The notes beneath the pieces are model-generated. The model was not told the DNA's origin. It saw only the letters and a program-made list of their open reading frames with translations, and did not search any database. A DNA stretch of 64,000 nucleotides from Candidatus Nanohalarchaeota archaeon. Its GTDB lineage: Archaea > Nanohalarchaeota > Nanosalinia > Nanosalinales > Nanosalinaceae. The position numbers and the translations under genes are program-made. The stretch covers positions 128,001-192,000 of the forward strand of contig JALDAJ010000001.1 in the NCBI GenBank assembly GCA_022729235.1. The letters run 5' to 3'. This document shows, one piece after another, positions 46,428-56,545 of this stretch (its first letter is position 1; every line of letters begins with the position of its first letter).

Positions 46428-47282
46428 TTGAAAGGTCAGATAAACCTTGAATTCCTGGCAGCCGCGTTCATATACATGGCAGCACTTGGAGGGATTGTAC
46501 TTGCAGGTCAGGGCGTCCTACCCGCATTCACGGGTGACGTGAAGGAGGCATCTCTGCACCTGGAAGCTCGACAGGTATCAACCGAGATGCTGACCACACC
46601 AGGGGCGCACTCATTTCCAGAGGTAGACGAACAAGAATGGGAGTACAATGACACGACCATCGAGCAAACAACCTCATTTGGACTCGCCTCCGACTTTCTT
46701 GTCGTTGAGAGAGATAAACTGGAATCTATAAAGACCGTGGACCACCGTGAAGAGGATAACTACTTCAACTACACACAGTTCAGGGATGTCACAGATGCTG
46801 ATCACCAGTACAGGTTTGAATTTACCTGGATGCCTCTCATAAACACCAGCGGCAGCTTTACGCGCGGAGAAGGAGACCAGAACGACCCTGAAATAGATGA
46901 ACCTCTATCAGGAGAAAGAGGGGAATACTACAACACGTCAGGAAACGTTGTCCACTACGGCAAGGAAACTCTCAATAGAAGAGACTACTACTTCCTCGTC
47001 ACTTCCCATGACGGCGTGTTCAACACAACCTACGTATCAGAAACCCGGGACTTCCAGGGTAGAAGCCCGATAGGTGTCGGTGATACTTTCACCCACGGTG
47101 ACGAACCATTCGAAATCGAAAGATTCCAGAACAGAGAGAACAAGCCCGGAACGATGCTAATCGTTTCCAGACACATCAAAACCTTCGGATCAAATCCGGG
47201 AGAGGAGACCCGGGTGGTAAACCTGAACCGGTACGCGGTAATGGATAACGAACCATTGAAGGTGAAAACGCTGGTATGGTAG
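46428..47282 (+). CDS. Prepilin-like protein
   Basis: KG|QINLEFLAAAFIY; TTG follows GGAGG (the start may be slightly upstream). Confidence 0.72.
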   Translation: MKGQINLEFLAAAFIYMAALGGIVLAGQGVLPAFTGDVKEASLHLEARQVSTEMLTTPGAHSFPEVDEQEWEYNDTTIEQTTSFGLASDFLVVERDKLESIKTVDHREEDNYFNYTQFRDVTDADHQYRFEFTWMPLINTSGSFTRGEGDQNDPEIDEPLSGERGEYYNTSGNVVHYGKETLNRRDYYFLVTSHDGVFNTTYVSETRDFQGRSPIGVGDTFTHGDEPFEIERFQNRENKPGTMLIVSRHIKTFGSNPGEETRVVNLNRYAVMDNEPLKVKTLVW

Positions 47283-49030
47283 ATACATCTTTGTACCGAA
47301 ACCTGTTTGAGAGGTTCCCTCAACGGGGACGTGACAGAAAAGGACTCGGATACAATATCGAGGCATTCGTCGCAGTCCTGACACTGTTTGTGTTCGCTTT
47401 AGGGAGTCTACAGTCTCCTGCAGACGTTGACTGGACCGAATTCCAGACAGAAGTAGCTGCAAAAGACGCGGGCTATGTGCTGAAAGAAACAGGAACTCTG
47501 GATGAACTACTTGAAAGAGGAGAAACCGGGTCAATACAGACAGCAGCGTCCACGATAACAGGTGACCAACTCCAGGTATCAGGAAACGTTAGAGGTCTTC
47601 CGATCGGAGAGCACAGGATAGGCTTCCACGTGAACGATGACGGGATAGACGACTTCGAGACCGAGCAGGTAAGCGGTAGTTGTGAGGGCGAACTAGAGGA
47701 AATAGAAGAGACTACTGACGAGGACGTAATGAAGACTCAGGAAACGGAACACGGAGTACACCTCTACATCGCAGATGCGGACCCGGAAGTTGTCGGCGAT
47801 TCAGAGCCCGAGGAAAACAGGTACGACTCGGTATGGGTTGACAACGGCACACAGTGCCAGTTCGCCGCGGCAGACGGACCTTACTACATGGACGAATTCT
47901 TCTGGTGGGGTGACGGGGATGAAGGCACATACTACGATATAGAGCATATATCCGAAGACGGGGACTACTTAACCCTCTACGAGGCGGATCAGCCTGTAAG
48001 ATTCAAGAACACTGCCGGCAGTAGCGTGAACAATATAAAAACCGACGTGAGATTCGATACCTTCAACTTCTCCAAACCTGACCTGTCGACATATGACGTA
48101 CTGGTATTCCGCAGGGAAGAAACACTGGAACTTATCGAAAACAATGAGGACAAAGAAACTGAGGTACTGGAATTTCTAGAAGACGGGTCTGTCCTGTTCC
48201 TGGTGGACCTTGAAGAAGATAACTTCGGCGACCCAGGAGACAACTTCATGTCGAGAGCAGGTCTGGAATGGCTGGATCTTGACTGGGAAGGAAACATAGA
48301 AGGCGCAGGTTTTTCCGACACCCGGGACTCAAGAGATGTAAGAAATCTGTTCGAAGGTCAGAACCCAGAGGAAGACGTATCCCTTCTCCCCGGAGGTGAT
48401 ATCTCGTCAGGAGATAGAGAACTGGTGTACGCAGGCAGCGGGTTCTACGACACTACTCCCTGGAACGCAACCAATACTTCTGCAGAAGAGATAGAAGAGG
48501 GAGACCTCCCGGAAGGTGTTCCCGAAAGCGACTGCACCGATGAAAACTGGAACTACTGGAAAGCAGAGTTCATCTTTCCAGACGATGAATACTTCGTATA
48601 CGGTTCACGACTTGAATGCGATGATAACATATGGAGCATGAGTATAGACCTAGACAAAAACGGGCAGATAGAAGACGAACAGGTACTCCTGGAAGGAGAT
48701 ACAGTGGATGTGGATGGGAGAGAACATCACGTGGTCAGCCACCTGTCAAACGGTGCGGACTTCGTATACATCGAAAACCAGCTCATAGAACTGGTGAACC
48801 ACCGCACCGAGTTCCCTGACCGAGACATACATAAATTTGCGCGGGCTGGCTATCAAGAAGAATACGAACCCCAGGACCGGGAACTGCTTTCAGCCGTGAT
48901 TTACTGGCTAGCAATGGAGGAAAAACAGTTTGGTCCCGAACAAACTGCGGCGACAACCACGACCGTAGTAGGAGGTATAAAAAACGAGGTATACATGCCC
49001 TACAGAGTCGACCTGAGGTGGGAGAGATGA
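47276..49030 (+). CDS. Large prepilin-like protein
   Basis: RKG|LGYNIEAFVAVLTLFVF, followed by an acidic extracellular region. Confidence 0.7.
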   Translation: MVDTSLYRNLFERFPQRGRDRKGLGYNIEAFVAVLTLFVFALGSLQSPADVDWTEFQTEVAAKDAGYVLKETGTLDELLERGETGSIQTAASTITGDQLQVSGNVRGLPIGEHRIGFHVNDDGIDDFETEQVSGSCEGELEEIEETTDEDVMKTQETEHGVHLYIADADPEVVGDSEPEENRYDSVWVDNGTQCQFAAADGPYYMDEFFWWGDGDEGTYYDIEHISEDGDYLTLYEADQPVRFKNTAGSSVNNIKTDVRFDTFNFSKPDLSTYDVLVFRREETLELIENNEDKETEVLEFLEDGSVLFLVDLEEDNFGDPGDNFMSRAGLEWLDLDWEGNIEGAGFSDTRDSRDVRNLFEGQNPEEDVSLLPGGDISSGDRELVYAGSGFYDTTPWNATNTSAEEIEEGDLPEGVPESDCTDENWNYWKAEFIFPDDEYFVYGSRLECDDNIWSMSIDLDKNGQIEDEQVLLEGDTVDVDGREHHVVSHLSNGADFVYIENQLIELVNHRTEFPDRDIHKFARAGYQEEYEPQDRELLSAVIYWLAMEEKQFGPEQTAATTTTVVGGIKNEVYMPYRVDLRWER

Positions 49031-49359
49031 CCACCTCCAAGGGACAGTTCTTGCTGATATCCGCCATAATTATAGGTGTCCTGCTGATATCCGCATCATC
49101 AACTATCGCAGAAATCCAGGCACAGGAGTTCACCCATAACCCGCCATCGTACGAAATCAACATGATACACCAGGAAGCAGAAAAAGTAGATCCGGCAAAC
49201 AGAGAGGAACGTGAAAGCTTCAAGGAGTTGGTGGACAGCATACCCGGTTATACCTCCAGAGCGGAAGCATGGGACGGAGACGGCGATGGGATATACAACT
49301 GTTTCAACGTGACCCTGCAAAAACCGGGAGCTGTTCTCCGGATGAACTGTATTGACTAG
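49027..49359 (+). CDS. Small prepilin-like protein
   Basis: SKG|QFLLISAIIIGVLLI. Confidence 0.72.
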   Translation: MTTSKGQFLLISAIIIGVLLISASSTIAEIQAQEFTHNPPSYEINMIHQEAEKVDPANREERESFKELVDSIPGYTSRAEAWDGDGDGIYNCFNVTLQKPGAVLRMNCID

Positions 49360-50540
49360 AACTCCTGGATAAATTCTACCTGTTCATCTGAAAGATCGAG
49401 TTGCTCTGCTACCTCAGGATTATGAGCTATAACCCTGGACAGAAACGGCATCATCTGCTTTGAATCCTTTGAGGAGACGTGAAGTCTCTCACCCAGCTTT
49501 TTACCAAGTTCCTGAAGCTTATTCCGTGAAGCCCGGGAAGCACCCATACGCTGTATCTTTGAGGGATACTGGTAGCGCGTCCAGCCCTCGTACTTCTCCT
49601 CCTTGCCGAGAGCCACACCTACCGTCGATAACAGGTAGACATACTTCAAAAGCTTCCAGTTCTGCGTGCTACGAATCCTTCCATTGAAAACATCAGCCTG
49701 TGAAATACGGTTGTACGCCTCCGCAACGTCCCTCTCTTTCTGGTATTCACGCGGAACATTCTCTCTCAACCACTGCATAAACGTGTCCGCGTCCTCGTCA
49801 AGATCATCTGTCGCCTGGCTAGCCGTTCTAGCAGTAGTGGTCTTGAAAACTATCTTCAACGCCTCGAAAACATCTTTCTCAGAGTCACGGTAGCCCAGTG
49901 AACCAAGGTCATCAGTAGTCAGTTCTTCGCGACCCCTCGCCACTGACTCAAGATCGTTTATCGCAGACCTCATCTGTCCTCCAGCCTGCCTCGCGATACG
50001 CTTCACTGCATTCTCCTCATAAGATATTCCCTCCTCCTCAAGCACCTGCTTCAGGTGAGCCGTGATAGAATTAGTGTGGACCGAACCGATTTCAATCATC
50101 TTCGACTTCTCCCGCAGCGAACGTATCTTCGAATCATACGCATCATTAGCAGTCATAACCACGGGGAACCGGGACTCATCTACGATACGGTTCAACTCCT
50201 GCGTCCCACCCCTATCCGAGACGCCCATACCGTCAACCTCATCTATCAATATAAGTTTCTGTGAGCCGAAGAACGATGCCTGACGTGTCGCCTCCTTCAA
50301 TTCAGACTTCAACTTCTTCTTCGTACGGACATCAGAGGCGTTAGTCTCCACCAGCTCGTAGCCCAAATCATTCGCCAGCGCTTCCACCAGCGAAGTCTTA
50401 CCTGTCCCTGCCTGCCCATGGAGCAGTACCGGTCCATCGCCCTGCTCCCACTGCTCTATATGCTCCTTCAACTCCTTCTTCTGCTTCGAAGCACCACGGT
50501 ACTCATCCAGCGATTCAGGTCTGTACTTCTCTGTCCAGAT
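49356..50540 (-). CDS. rfcL: Replication factor C large subunit; probable ATC start
   Basis: WTEKYRP, GQAGTGKTS, ETNASDVR, LIDEVDG and MRSAINDL motifs; the frame extends upstream of TTG 50471 to ATC 50540. Confidence 0.92.
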   Translation of the reverse strand: MWTEKYRPESLDEYRGASKQKKELKEHIEQWEQGDGPVLLHGQAGTGKTSLVEALANDLGYELVETNASDVRTKKKLKSELKEATRQASFFGSQKLILIDEVDGMGVSDRGGTQELNRIVDESRFPVVMTANDAYDSKIRSLREKSKMIEIGSVHTNSITAHLKQVLEEEGISYEENAVKRIARQAGGQMRSAINDLESVARGREELTTDDLGSLGYRDSEKDVFEALKIVFKTTTARTASQATDDLDEDADTFMQWLRENVPREYQKERDVAEAYNRISQADVFNGRIRSTQNWKLLKYVYLLSTVGVALGKEEKYEGWTRYQYPSKIQRMGASRASRNKLQELGKKLGERLHVSSKDSKQMMPFLSRVIAHNPEVAEQLDLSDEQVEFIQEF

Positions 50541-50541
50541 C

Positions 50542-51534
50542 CTATTTCACCTCATCAAAGACTTGTCTGTATTTATTTAACTCCTCATCGGGATCTCCCG
50601 TCTTCTCAGCCGCAAGGTAAAAGATTGCTTCAAAACCTTCTCTCACTGACCCAACTCTTATGGTACTCTTGTACTCCTCGTCAACCTCTTCTAGATCTTC
50701 TAGATCTTCTAAATCGATATCACGATCCACGTAACTCCCGAAATCGATTACTTCATCAGTAAACTCTCCATAAGGATCCATGAGAATCTGTGTCTGACCA
50801 TCTCTAAGATTGAAATACTCAGGTGGTTTGTCATCGAAAAACAGACCATATCCATTTTCATGACCTGACTTATCTGCCTCTATCTCAAGTCCTGTGACAA
50901 AAGGATGAGTTAATATCCCCTTCTCTTCAAGATAATCTCTAATCGCCTGCTCTAAACCATCTGAAATACTGTATTCATCTGCTTCAGTCAGAGCGTCCGC
51001 GTCTTTGTCATATATTTCCTCGTTATCCGACCTCGTGGTAACTACGTCGAATAAACCTATATAATCTGGATCCATCTGATTTAAAGCCTCTAACCCGGTT
51101 AAAGTGGCGTCTCTGTCAAGGAGTTCGAACTCCGCATCTCCCATGAACTCGCTGTTTATTACTTCATGGAAACCCGGCCAGTATTCACCTTCAAACTCTT
51201 CCGGTTCATAATCTTTTCTCTCCGCTATAAAATCTTCGCCGTGCATGAAAAGTTCAAATTCAAGACCGTTATCCCAGGACCTGAGTTTGGACAAAAACTT
51301 TATCCACGGATCGAGATCCCAGCCTCTGAAAGACTCCTCCATTATTTCCAGACCTTCAGAACCCTCTTTAACTAGTTCCTTACGTTCATGACCAGTTTCT
51401 TCAGCAGCACGCTCCAGTTCACCGAAAGAATAGTTCTCTTCAACAAATTCTGCAAGGCCTTCCCTGACAACAGCGGTGTTATCCTCAAGAGTCCCTTCCA
51501 GGTCTACCGCCACGTTCACCGCTTCTGCAGACAT
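50542..51534 (-). CDS. HAD-superfamily-like hypothetical protein (5'-nucleotidase-like motifs)
   Basis: VAVDLEGTL (motif I-like), VVTTR (motif II) and K...FFDDKP (motifs III/IV). Confidence 0.5.
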   Translation of the reverse strand: MSAEAVNVAVDLEGTLEDNTAVVREGLAEFVEENYSFGELERAAEETGHERKELVKEGSEGLEIMEESFRGWDLDPWIKFLSKLRSWDNGLEFELFMHGEDFIAERKDYEPEEFEGEYWPGFHEVINSEFMGDAEFELLDRDATLTGLEALNQMDPDYIGLFDVVTTRSDNEEIYDKDADALTEADEYSISDGLEQAIRDYLEEKGILTHPFVTGLEIEADKSGHENGYGLFFDDKPPEYFNLRDGQTQILMDPYGEFTDEVIDFGSYVDRDIDLEDLEDLEEVDEEYKSTIRVGSVREGFEAIFYLAAEKTGDPDEELNKYRQVFDEVK

Positions 51535-51539
51535 TCTAG

Positions 51540-52496
51540 CTACCTGCCCCCAAGATCAGCTATTTTAGCCAGAAGGGCCTCTATCTGGATGTCGCTGCTT
51601 CCGCCTTCCGCGATCCTGAACTCGAACTCTCCCAGGTTTTCTATAATCTCGAGCTTGCCTTCCTCGGAGATATCCAGGTCGAACACCTCGCGGTGAATCG
51701 AGTTGATAACGTCCTGACCGTCAAGACCTCTGTCAATCATCAGCTCCGAAAGCTCATCTCTAGCATCCATGAAATTGCCGTCCAGAGCCGATTCAAGTAT
51801 CTCGTTAATCTCCTCCGGTCTCAAGGACGCGGCAGAGTCGTAGATATTCTCTTCCTCTATCTTGTCCCGCTGGATGGCACCGGTCTGTAGTATGTTCGTG
51901 ACTCGCCGGAGGTCGCCGCCAGCGACCCTTATCACGGCATCGACCGCGCCCTGTGTTATCTTGAAATCCTCATTCTCCGCAACCCTCTTAATGTAGTCCT
52001 TCACGTCATCCTCCGCCAACCTGTTAAAGCGGAAGACGGCGCATCGGGACTGGATAGGGTCGATAATCTTGGAGGAGTAATTGCAGGAAAGTATGAAACG
52101 GGTATTCTCCGAGAACTGCTCCATCGTTCTACGCAGTGCCTGCTGGGCGTCAGCTGTTAGAGCATCTGCCTCGTCAAGAAACATTATCTTGTAGTCCGCA
52201 TTGATGGACTTGGTGCGGGCGAAGTTCTTGATGTTCTCCCTGACAACGTCGATACCTCTTTCGTCAGAGGCGTTGGTCTCCATAAAGTTCTGTTTCCAGT
52301 CATCACCGTAAAGATCCTTCGCGAGCGCGATAGCTGAGGTCGTCTTACCAGTTCCCGCTGGACCGGCGAACATCATGTGAGGGACAGAGTCCTCCTCCAC
52401 GAATGCTTTCAGCCGGGACTTTATGTCCTTATGGTTTATAACCTCATCAAGAGTGTCAGGACGGTATTTTTCAGTCCATATATCGATCTCAGCCAT
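51540..52496 (-). CDS. rfcS: Replication factor C small subunit
   Basis: WTEKYRP, GPAGTGKTT, NASDERGIDVVR, LDEAD, ALRRTME and IQSRC motifs. Confidence 0.96.
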   Translation of the reverse strand: MAEIDIWTEKYRPDTLDEVINHKDIKSRLKAFVEEDSVPHMMFAGPAGTGKTTSAIALAKDLYGDDWKQNFMETNASDERGIDVVRENIKNFARTKSINADYKIMFLDEADALTADAQQALRRTMEQFSENTRFILSCNYSSKIIDPIQSRCAVFRFNRLAEDDVKDYIKRVAENEDFKITQGAVDAVIRVAGGDLRRVTNILQTGAIQRDKIEEENIYDSAASLRPEEINEILESALDGNFMDARDELSELMIDRGLDGQDVINSIHREVFDLDISEEGKLEIIENLGEFEFRIAEGGSSDIQIEALLAKIADLGGR

Positions 52497-52558
52497 TATT
52501 CGACCCTAGTCATCAAGTCGGATACTAAGCTTTTATTCTTTCATCTGAACCCTTCACT

Positions 52559-53059
52559 ATGCAGGTCGTAATAACCGGGACGCCCGGGACAGGGAAATCG
52601 TCCGTTGCCCGTGAATTAGAGGGATGGAACGTAATAGACCTCAAGACCTTCATCGAGGAACAGGACATAGGCTCGGTTAACGGCGGAGAGATAGAGGTTA
52701 GAGTAGAAAAACTAGTAGATAGACTCGAAGAAGAGTTCCGAGACTCGGAAGAAAATCTGGTTATAGAAGGTCACCTCTCCCACCACTACGAGGCGGACTA
52801 CTGTATCGTTCTCAGATGTGAACCTGATACACTGAGAGAAAGGCTCTCAGGACGGAATTACGACAGGCAAAAAGCGGATGAAAACGTTGAAGCAGAATCA
52901 CTGGACATTATCCTCCAGGAAGCGATCCAGCAACAGGAGAACATCATCGAGATTGACACCACCGGAAGAGAAGCAAAAGAAGTCGCGGAAGAAGTAATAG
53001 AAAGGATAGAAAATGAGGAAACCGGTTATGGTGAAATCGACTGGAGCGAGTTTCTCTAA
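52559..53059 (+). CDS. Adenylate kinase/ATPase (Fap7/hCINAP family)
   Basis: ITGTPGTGKSS, IEGHLSH, LRC.P..L.ERL..R.Y...K..EN.EAE and IDWS motifs. Confidence 0.9.
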   Translation: MQVVITGTPGTGKSSVARELEGWNVIDLKTFIEEQDIGSVNGGEIEVRVEKLVDRLEEEFRDSEENLVIEGHLSHHYEADYCIVLRCEPDTLRERLSGRNYDRQKADENVEAESLDIILQEAIQQQENIIEIDTTGREAKEVAEEVIERIENEETGYGEIDWSEFL

Positions 53060-53367
53060 GCTTTCTCCTCAATCCAGTCTTTCAGCTCGTCTTCTTCCAT
53101 CAGTCCTTCGTTCCGCGCGACCTGGTCACCGCCTCTCACTATCACCGTGGTAGGTAGTGCTCTGACCTGCATCTGCTGCGCCAGCTGTTTGTGCTCGTGC
53201 ACCGGAACCTTTCCGAAGTTGACACTGTCGACTTCTCCGGCGACTTCTTCGAAAATCGGCTTGTACTCCTGGCACGGATTGCACCACTCCGCCCAGAAAT
53301 CCAGTATCCATGTTTCATCCGCGTTTTGAATCTCTTCCATCTTGTCAGGATCAATTGTTTCTGGCAT
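53056..53367 (-). CDS. trxA: Thioredoxin
   Basis: LDFWAEWCNPC and VRALPT. Confidence 0.92.
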   Translation of the reverse strand: MPETIDPDKMEEIQNADETWILDFWAEWCNPCQEYKPIFEEVAGEVDSVNFGKVPVHEHKQLAQQMQVRALPTTVIVRGGDQVARNEGLMEEDELKDWIEEKA

Positions 53368-53377
53368 ACCGAACCAT

Positions 53378-53737
53378 TCAAATCGAAAGCTTAAGAATTT
53401 CCGGGTGATTGAAACTATCTTTTTTAATCACTAAAATTTCTTCATCATACTCAAACCCTACCGGCTCATACCACGGACTGAGCGTATAAAGAAATCCTTT
53501 AATAGCCTCTTTTGGATCAGTAAGCCGTTCCTTACCCACTCTTTCACACATTCCCGCATTTAGACCTGCCTGAATGTAGCCATCATAAGCTCCAGTGTTC
53601 TTTACACCCACTTGGCCGTTCTCTATAAGTATATTCTCTAAATCCTCTACTAGCTGCTCTAAATCAGGGTCATCCTCAAGATAGACATAAGGAATTGATT
53701 CATCTGAATCCTCTATTTCATAACCTGCGTCCGTCAT
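53378..53737 (-). CDS. Hypothetical protein
   Basis: 119-aa acidic ORF, AT-rich. Confidence 0.55.
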   Translation of the reverse strand: MTDAGYEIEDSDESIPYVYLEDDPDLEQLVEDLENILIENGQVGVKNTGAYDGYIQAGLNAGMCERVGKERLTDPKEAIKGFLYTLSPWYEPVGFEYDEEILVIKKDSFNHPEILKLSI

Positions 53738-53785
53738 TCGCTTCCCTCCTGCATCAAATACTTCCTTAAAATGTTAAACCCTTAA

Positions 53786-54640
53786 TCACGCCTCATCCAT
53801 GTAGACTGTTCTGATAGGGTAAGGGATGTCTATGCCGGCCTCATCGTACTTCTGCTTGACCAGTTCCGTTACTTCTGAAGATGCTTTTACCGGGCTGGAA
53901 CCTGAATTACGGATCCATCCTCTCAGCTTCAGGTTGACCGCTGAGTCTCCAAGCTCATCAACAAGAACCTCTGGCTCCGGGTCTGACTCAATGTTTTCCG
54001 CCTTCTCCAAGGCGCTCTCCGCCAGCTCTTTCGCCTCCTTGATATCGTCGTCGTATCCGATACCTACCATGACATCGAACCGGCGTTTCTTGTACCCTGT
54101 ATTATTGATAACTGTTTCATTGTACAGCTTGGAGTTCGGTACGATAACCATCCGTCCATCATAAGTCTTGATTTCAGACGCCCGCAACCGTATATCCTTG
54201 AGCGTTCCTTCCTGTTCACCTACTTTTAACCGGTCTCCTATACGGAATGGGCGGTAAACCAGGAGGAATAGTCCTGAGATGAAATTAGCTATCAGTTCTT
54301 TCAGGGCGAATGATATGCCAAGTCCTATGAGACCGACAGCAGCGCCAAGAGCCGAAAAAGGAGCTCCAAAGACTCCTAGGACAGCTACGAACGTTAGAGG
54401 GTAGATGATGTATGCAGTCAGCCTTTTTGCGGACGTGATGGTGTGCTCATCCCCGTTATGCCTTTCTATACCTCGCTCAACGACGACATTAGACAGCCGG
54501 TTGATAGACCATCCAAGAAACGCGACCAGCAACGCTGCTAGAAGAGTATACCTGCTTATATTGTACCGCGCCAGAAAGCTCGATGCCGCCGCAAAAACGT
54601 CCTCTCTTGCCACATTTTCCCTCACAGCTACGACATTCAT
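53786..54640 (-). CDS. mscS: Small-conductance mechanosensitive channel
   Basis: GLGISFALKE.IANFISG, PFRIGD, VPNS and GIDIPYP motifs; start taken at ATG 54640. Confidence 0.92.
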   Translation of the reverse strand: MNVVAVRENVAREDVFAAASSFLARYNISRYTLLAALLVAFLGWSINRLSNVVVERGIERHNGDEHTITSAKRLTAYIIYPLTFVAVLGVFGAPFSALGAAVGLIGLGISFALKELIANFISGLFLLVYRPFRIGDRLKVGEQEGTLKDIRLRASEIKTYDGRMVIVPNSKLYNETVINNTGYKKRRFDVMVGIGYDDDIKEAKELAESALEKAENIESDPEPEVLVDELGDSAVNLKLRGWIRNSGSSPVKASSEVTELVKQKYDEAGIDIPYPIRTVYMDEA

Positions 54641-54665
54641 AAATCTTTCCGGTGCTTCTAATGAC

Positions 54666-55604
54666 GTGTACTCCCGTTTCACAGCCCTAGAAGAATTCGC
54701 AGAAGAAGATCTCGACAGAATCCAGAACTCGACCGCAGTAGTCGTGGGTCTTGGCGCAACAGGTTCCGTTATAGCCGAGCACCTGGCAAGACACGGCGTC
54801 AACCTTATCGTTATCGACCGGGACTACCTGGAGGAAAACGACGTCTACTCCAGCAGCATCTATACGCCGGAGGACTGTCAAAAATTGCTTCCGAAGGCAG
54901 AGGCGGCAGGAAGTCATCTCAAACAGTTTACAGGAGTGGAAACACACGTAGAACATCTCAACTCAGGTAACCTCGAAATCCTCCATGACGCCGATATAAT
55001 ACTTGACGGCACGGATAACCTTGAGACCCGGTTTCTTATCAACGAGTACTCGGAGAAAAACGGAGTTCCGTGGGTATACACCGCGGTCCTCGCCGAGAGA
55101 GGGTACTCCATGCTCTTCGATGATAAATGCTTCAGCTGCGTGTTCGAGGACATAAAGGCAGGCTCACTGGGTACCTGTGAAACAGAAGGAGTCATGAGAG
55201 AGATAGCCTCAATAGCCGCCTCCAAGACCGCTCTTAAGGCAGTCAGGTACCTCGCCGGAAAACCCGCGGAAGAGGACCTCGAGATAGTTCCCGGGGGAGA
55301 AAGATTTGAGGTCGAAAACCCAGGGTGTGAGGTCTGTCAGGGAGAGAACTATCCCTATCTCGAGTCCTCGAGGGATACAGTGGCGGTCTGTGGTGAGGAC
55401 AAGTTCCAGATCGAGAGAGATATCTCGGAAAATGCCTTTGAAAGTCTAAGAGACACAGGAGAAGTCGTAGCGGACAATGACTACCTTACACGGGTAGAAA
55501 TCAACGGCAATAGCTTCACTCTGTTCCGGTCAGGAAGGGCGATAATAGAGGCAGAGGATAGAAAACAGGCAAAAGCAGTATTCGACAAAATTATAGGGAG
55601 TTAA
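54666..55604 (+). CDS. ThiF/MoeB/E1-like adenylyltransferase
   Basis: VVGLGATGS, IDRD, PKAEAA, DGTDN.ETR..IN, CxxC twice and catalytic GTC; start taken at GTG 54666. Confidence 0.88.
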   Translation: MYSRFTALEEFAEEDLDRIQNSTAVVVGLGATGSVIAEHLARHGVNLIVIDRDYLEENDVYSSSIYTPEDCQKLLPKAEAAGSHLKQFTGVETHVEHLNSGNLEILHDADIILDGTDNLETRFLINEYSEKNGVPWVYTAVLAERGYSMLFDDKCFSCVFEDIKAGSLGTCETEGVMREIASIAASKTALKAVRYLAGKPAEEDLEIVPGGERFEVENPGCEVCQGENYPYLESSRDTVAVCGEDKFQIERDISENAFESLRDTGEVVADNDYLTRVEINGNSFTLFRSGRAIIEAEDRKQAKAVFDKIIGS

Positions 55605-55641
55605 AGCAGAATTTAAATCCTCCCTGCACAAATGATATCCC

Positions 55642-56502
55642 ATGGATCTCGAACAGGACTACGTAGAGTACGTGGCAGAGTTTTCATTGGCATTACTCGC
55701 CATATCCGCGGCGTACTTCTTTGACCCATATGAACCGCTCTCGTACCTCACATTAGTCCTGATACCGGTGCTGTTCGGGTACACCACATACATTTCTCGG
55801 GACAACTTCTCTCAATCCTCTCTTCTAGCACTTATAGCGCTTATATTCGCAGTTATCAACTACAAACTGGCAATCATAGCCGTAATCATTGCCTTTGGGA
55901 ACATCCTCGTATCCTTATTTGCGGGAGGAGAGCGCTTCCGCGACTTCTACAGCACTACGACTCTCCCGATGCTTATCCTGGGAATCCTGATAGGTCTAGT
56001 AGCGTTCTACGCCGCATCCAGCAACCCTGCAGTAGCAGATGAGATAAGGACTAGTTCGGCATCAGTACTCGGGGATTCCGTAGAGACAGCTATCGAGAAC
56101 GCAGACATCATCGAGAGCCAGGAAGAAGCCCAGAAATACATTGTTGAAGAAACCAGCAGCCAGACCGTTGCCGCTACCAGGCTCTACGTGGTCAACGAGA
56201 CCCACCACATGAATGAATCTGAACGGCAGGAAGTCATCGGTATCATGGAAGACGCAGAGGAAGATATACCAGGGATGATAGCTGACGAGGCAGGAGAGCA
56301 GATAGAAGATAACGATATAGATATCTCGGAGACTATTTCAGAACTTATAGAAGCCAACTTCCAGGGAAGCACAATGGCTGTACTAGTGCCTATAGCCGCA
56401 ATATCGCTCTACAGTCTGCAGCCTGTAGTCGGACTACTGACGGCGGTATTCGCATCCATCTTTGCCTTCGCAGCCAGAAGAGGGAGAGACGACCAGGATT
56501 AG
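55642..56502 (+). CDS. Membrane protein with an acidic extracellular loop
   Basis: Five N-terminal TM segments, an acidic helical loop and C-terminal TMs. Confidence 0.7.
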   Translation: MDLEQDYVEYVAEFSLALLAISAAYFFDPYEPLSYLTLVLIPVLFGYTTYISRDNFSQSSLLALIALIFAVINYKLAIIAVIIAFGNILVSLFAGGERFRDFYSTTTLPMLILGILIGLVAFYAASSNPAVADEIRTSSASVLGDSVETAIENADIIESQEEAQKYIVEETSSQTVAATRLYVVNETHHMNESERQEVIGIMEDAEEDIPGMIADEAGEQIEDNDIDISETISELIEANFQGSTMAVLVPIAAISLYSLQPVVGLLTAVFASIFAFAARRGRDDQD

Positions 56503-56545
56503 TGCGTTCCACCCTCTTAAAGATTTAGCCTTATCCTTCACCATC

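Noticed and set aside
40598-49359. Archaellum operon
   Set aside because: No FlaH/FlaF/FlaCDE-like gene was recognised; two separate platform genes and many minor pilins fit a type IV pilus.
54405-54802. Long overlap between the mscS and ThiF ORFs as given in the ORF track
   Set aside because: The extensions are antisense to the partner gene; family-like sequence begins at 54640 and 54666.
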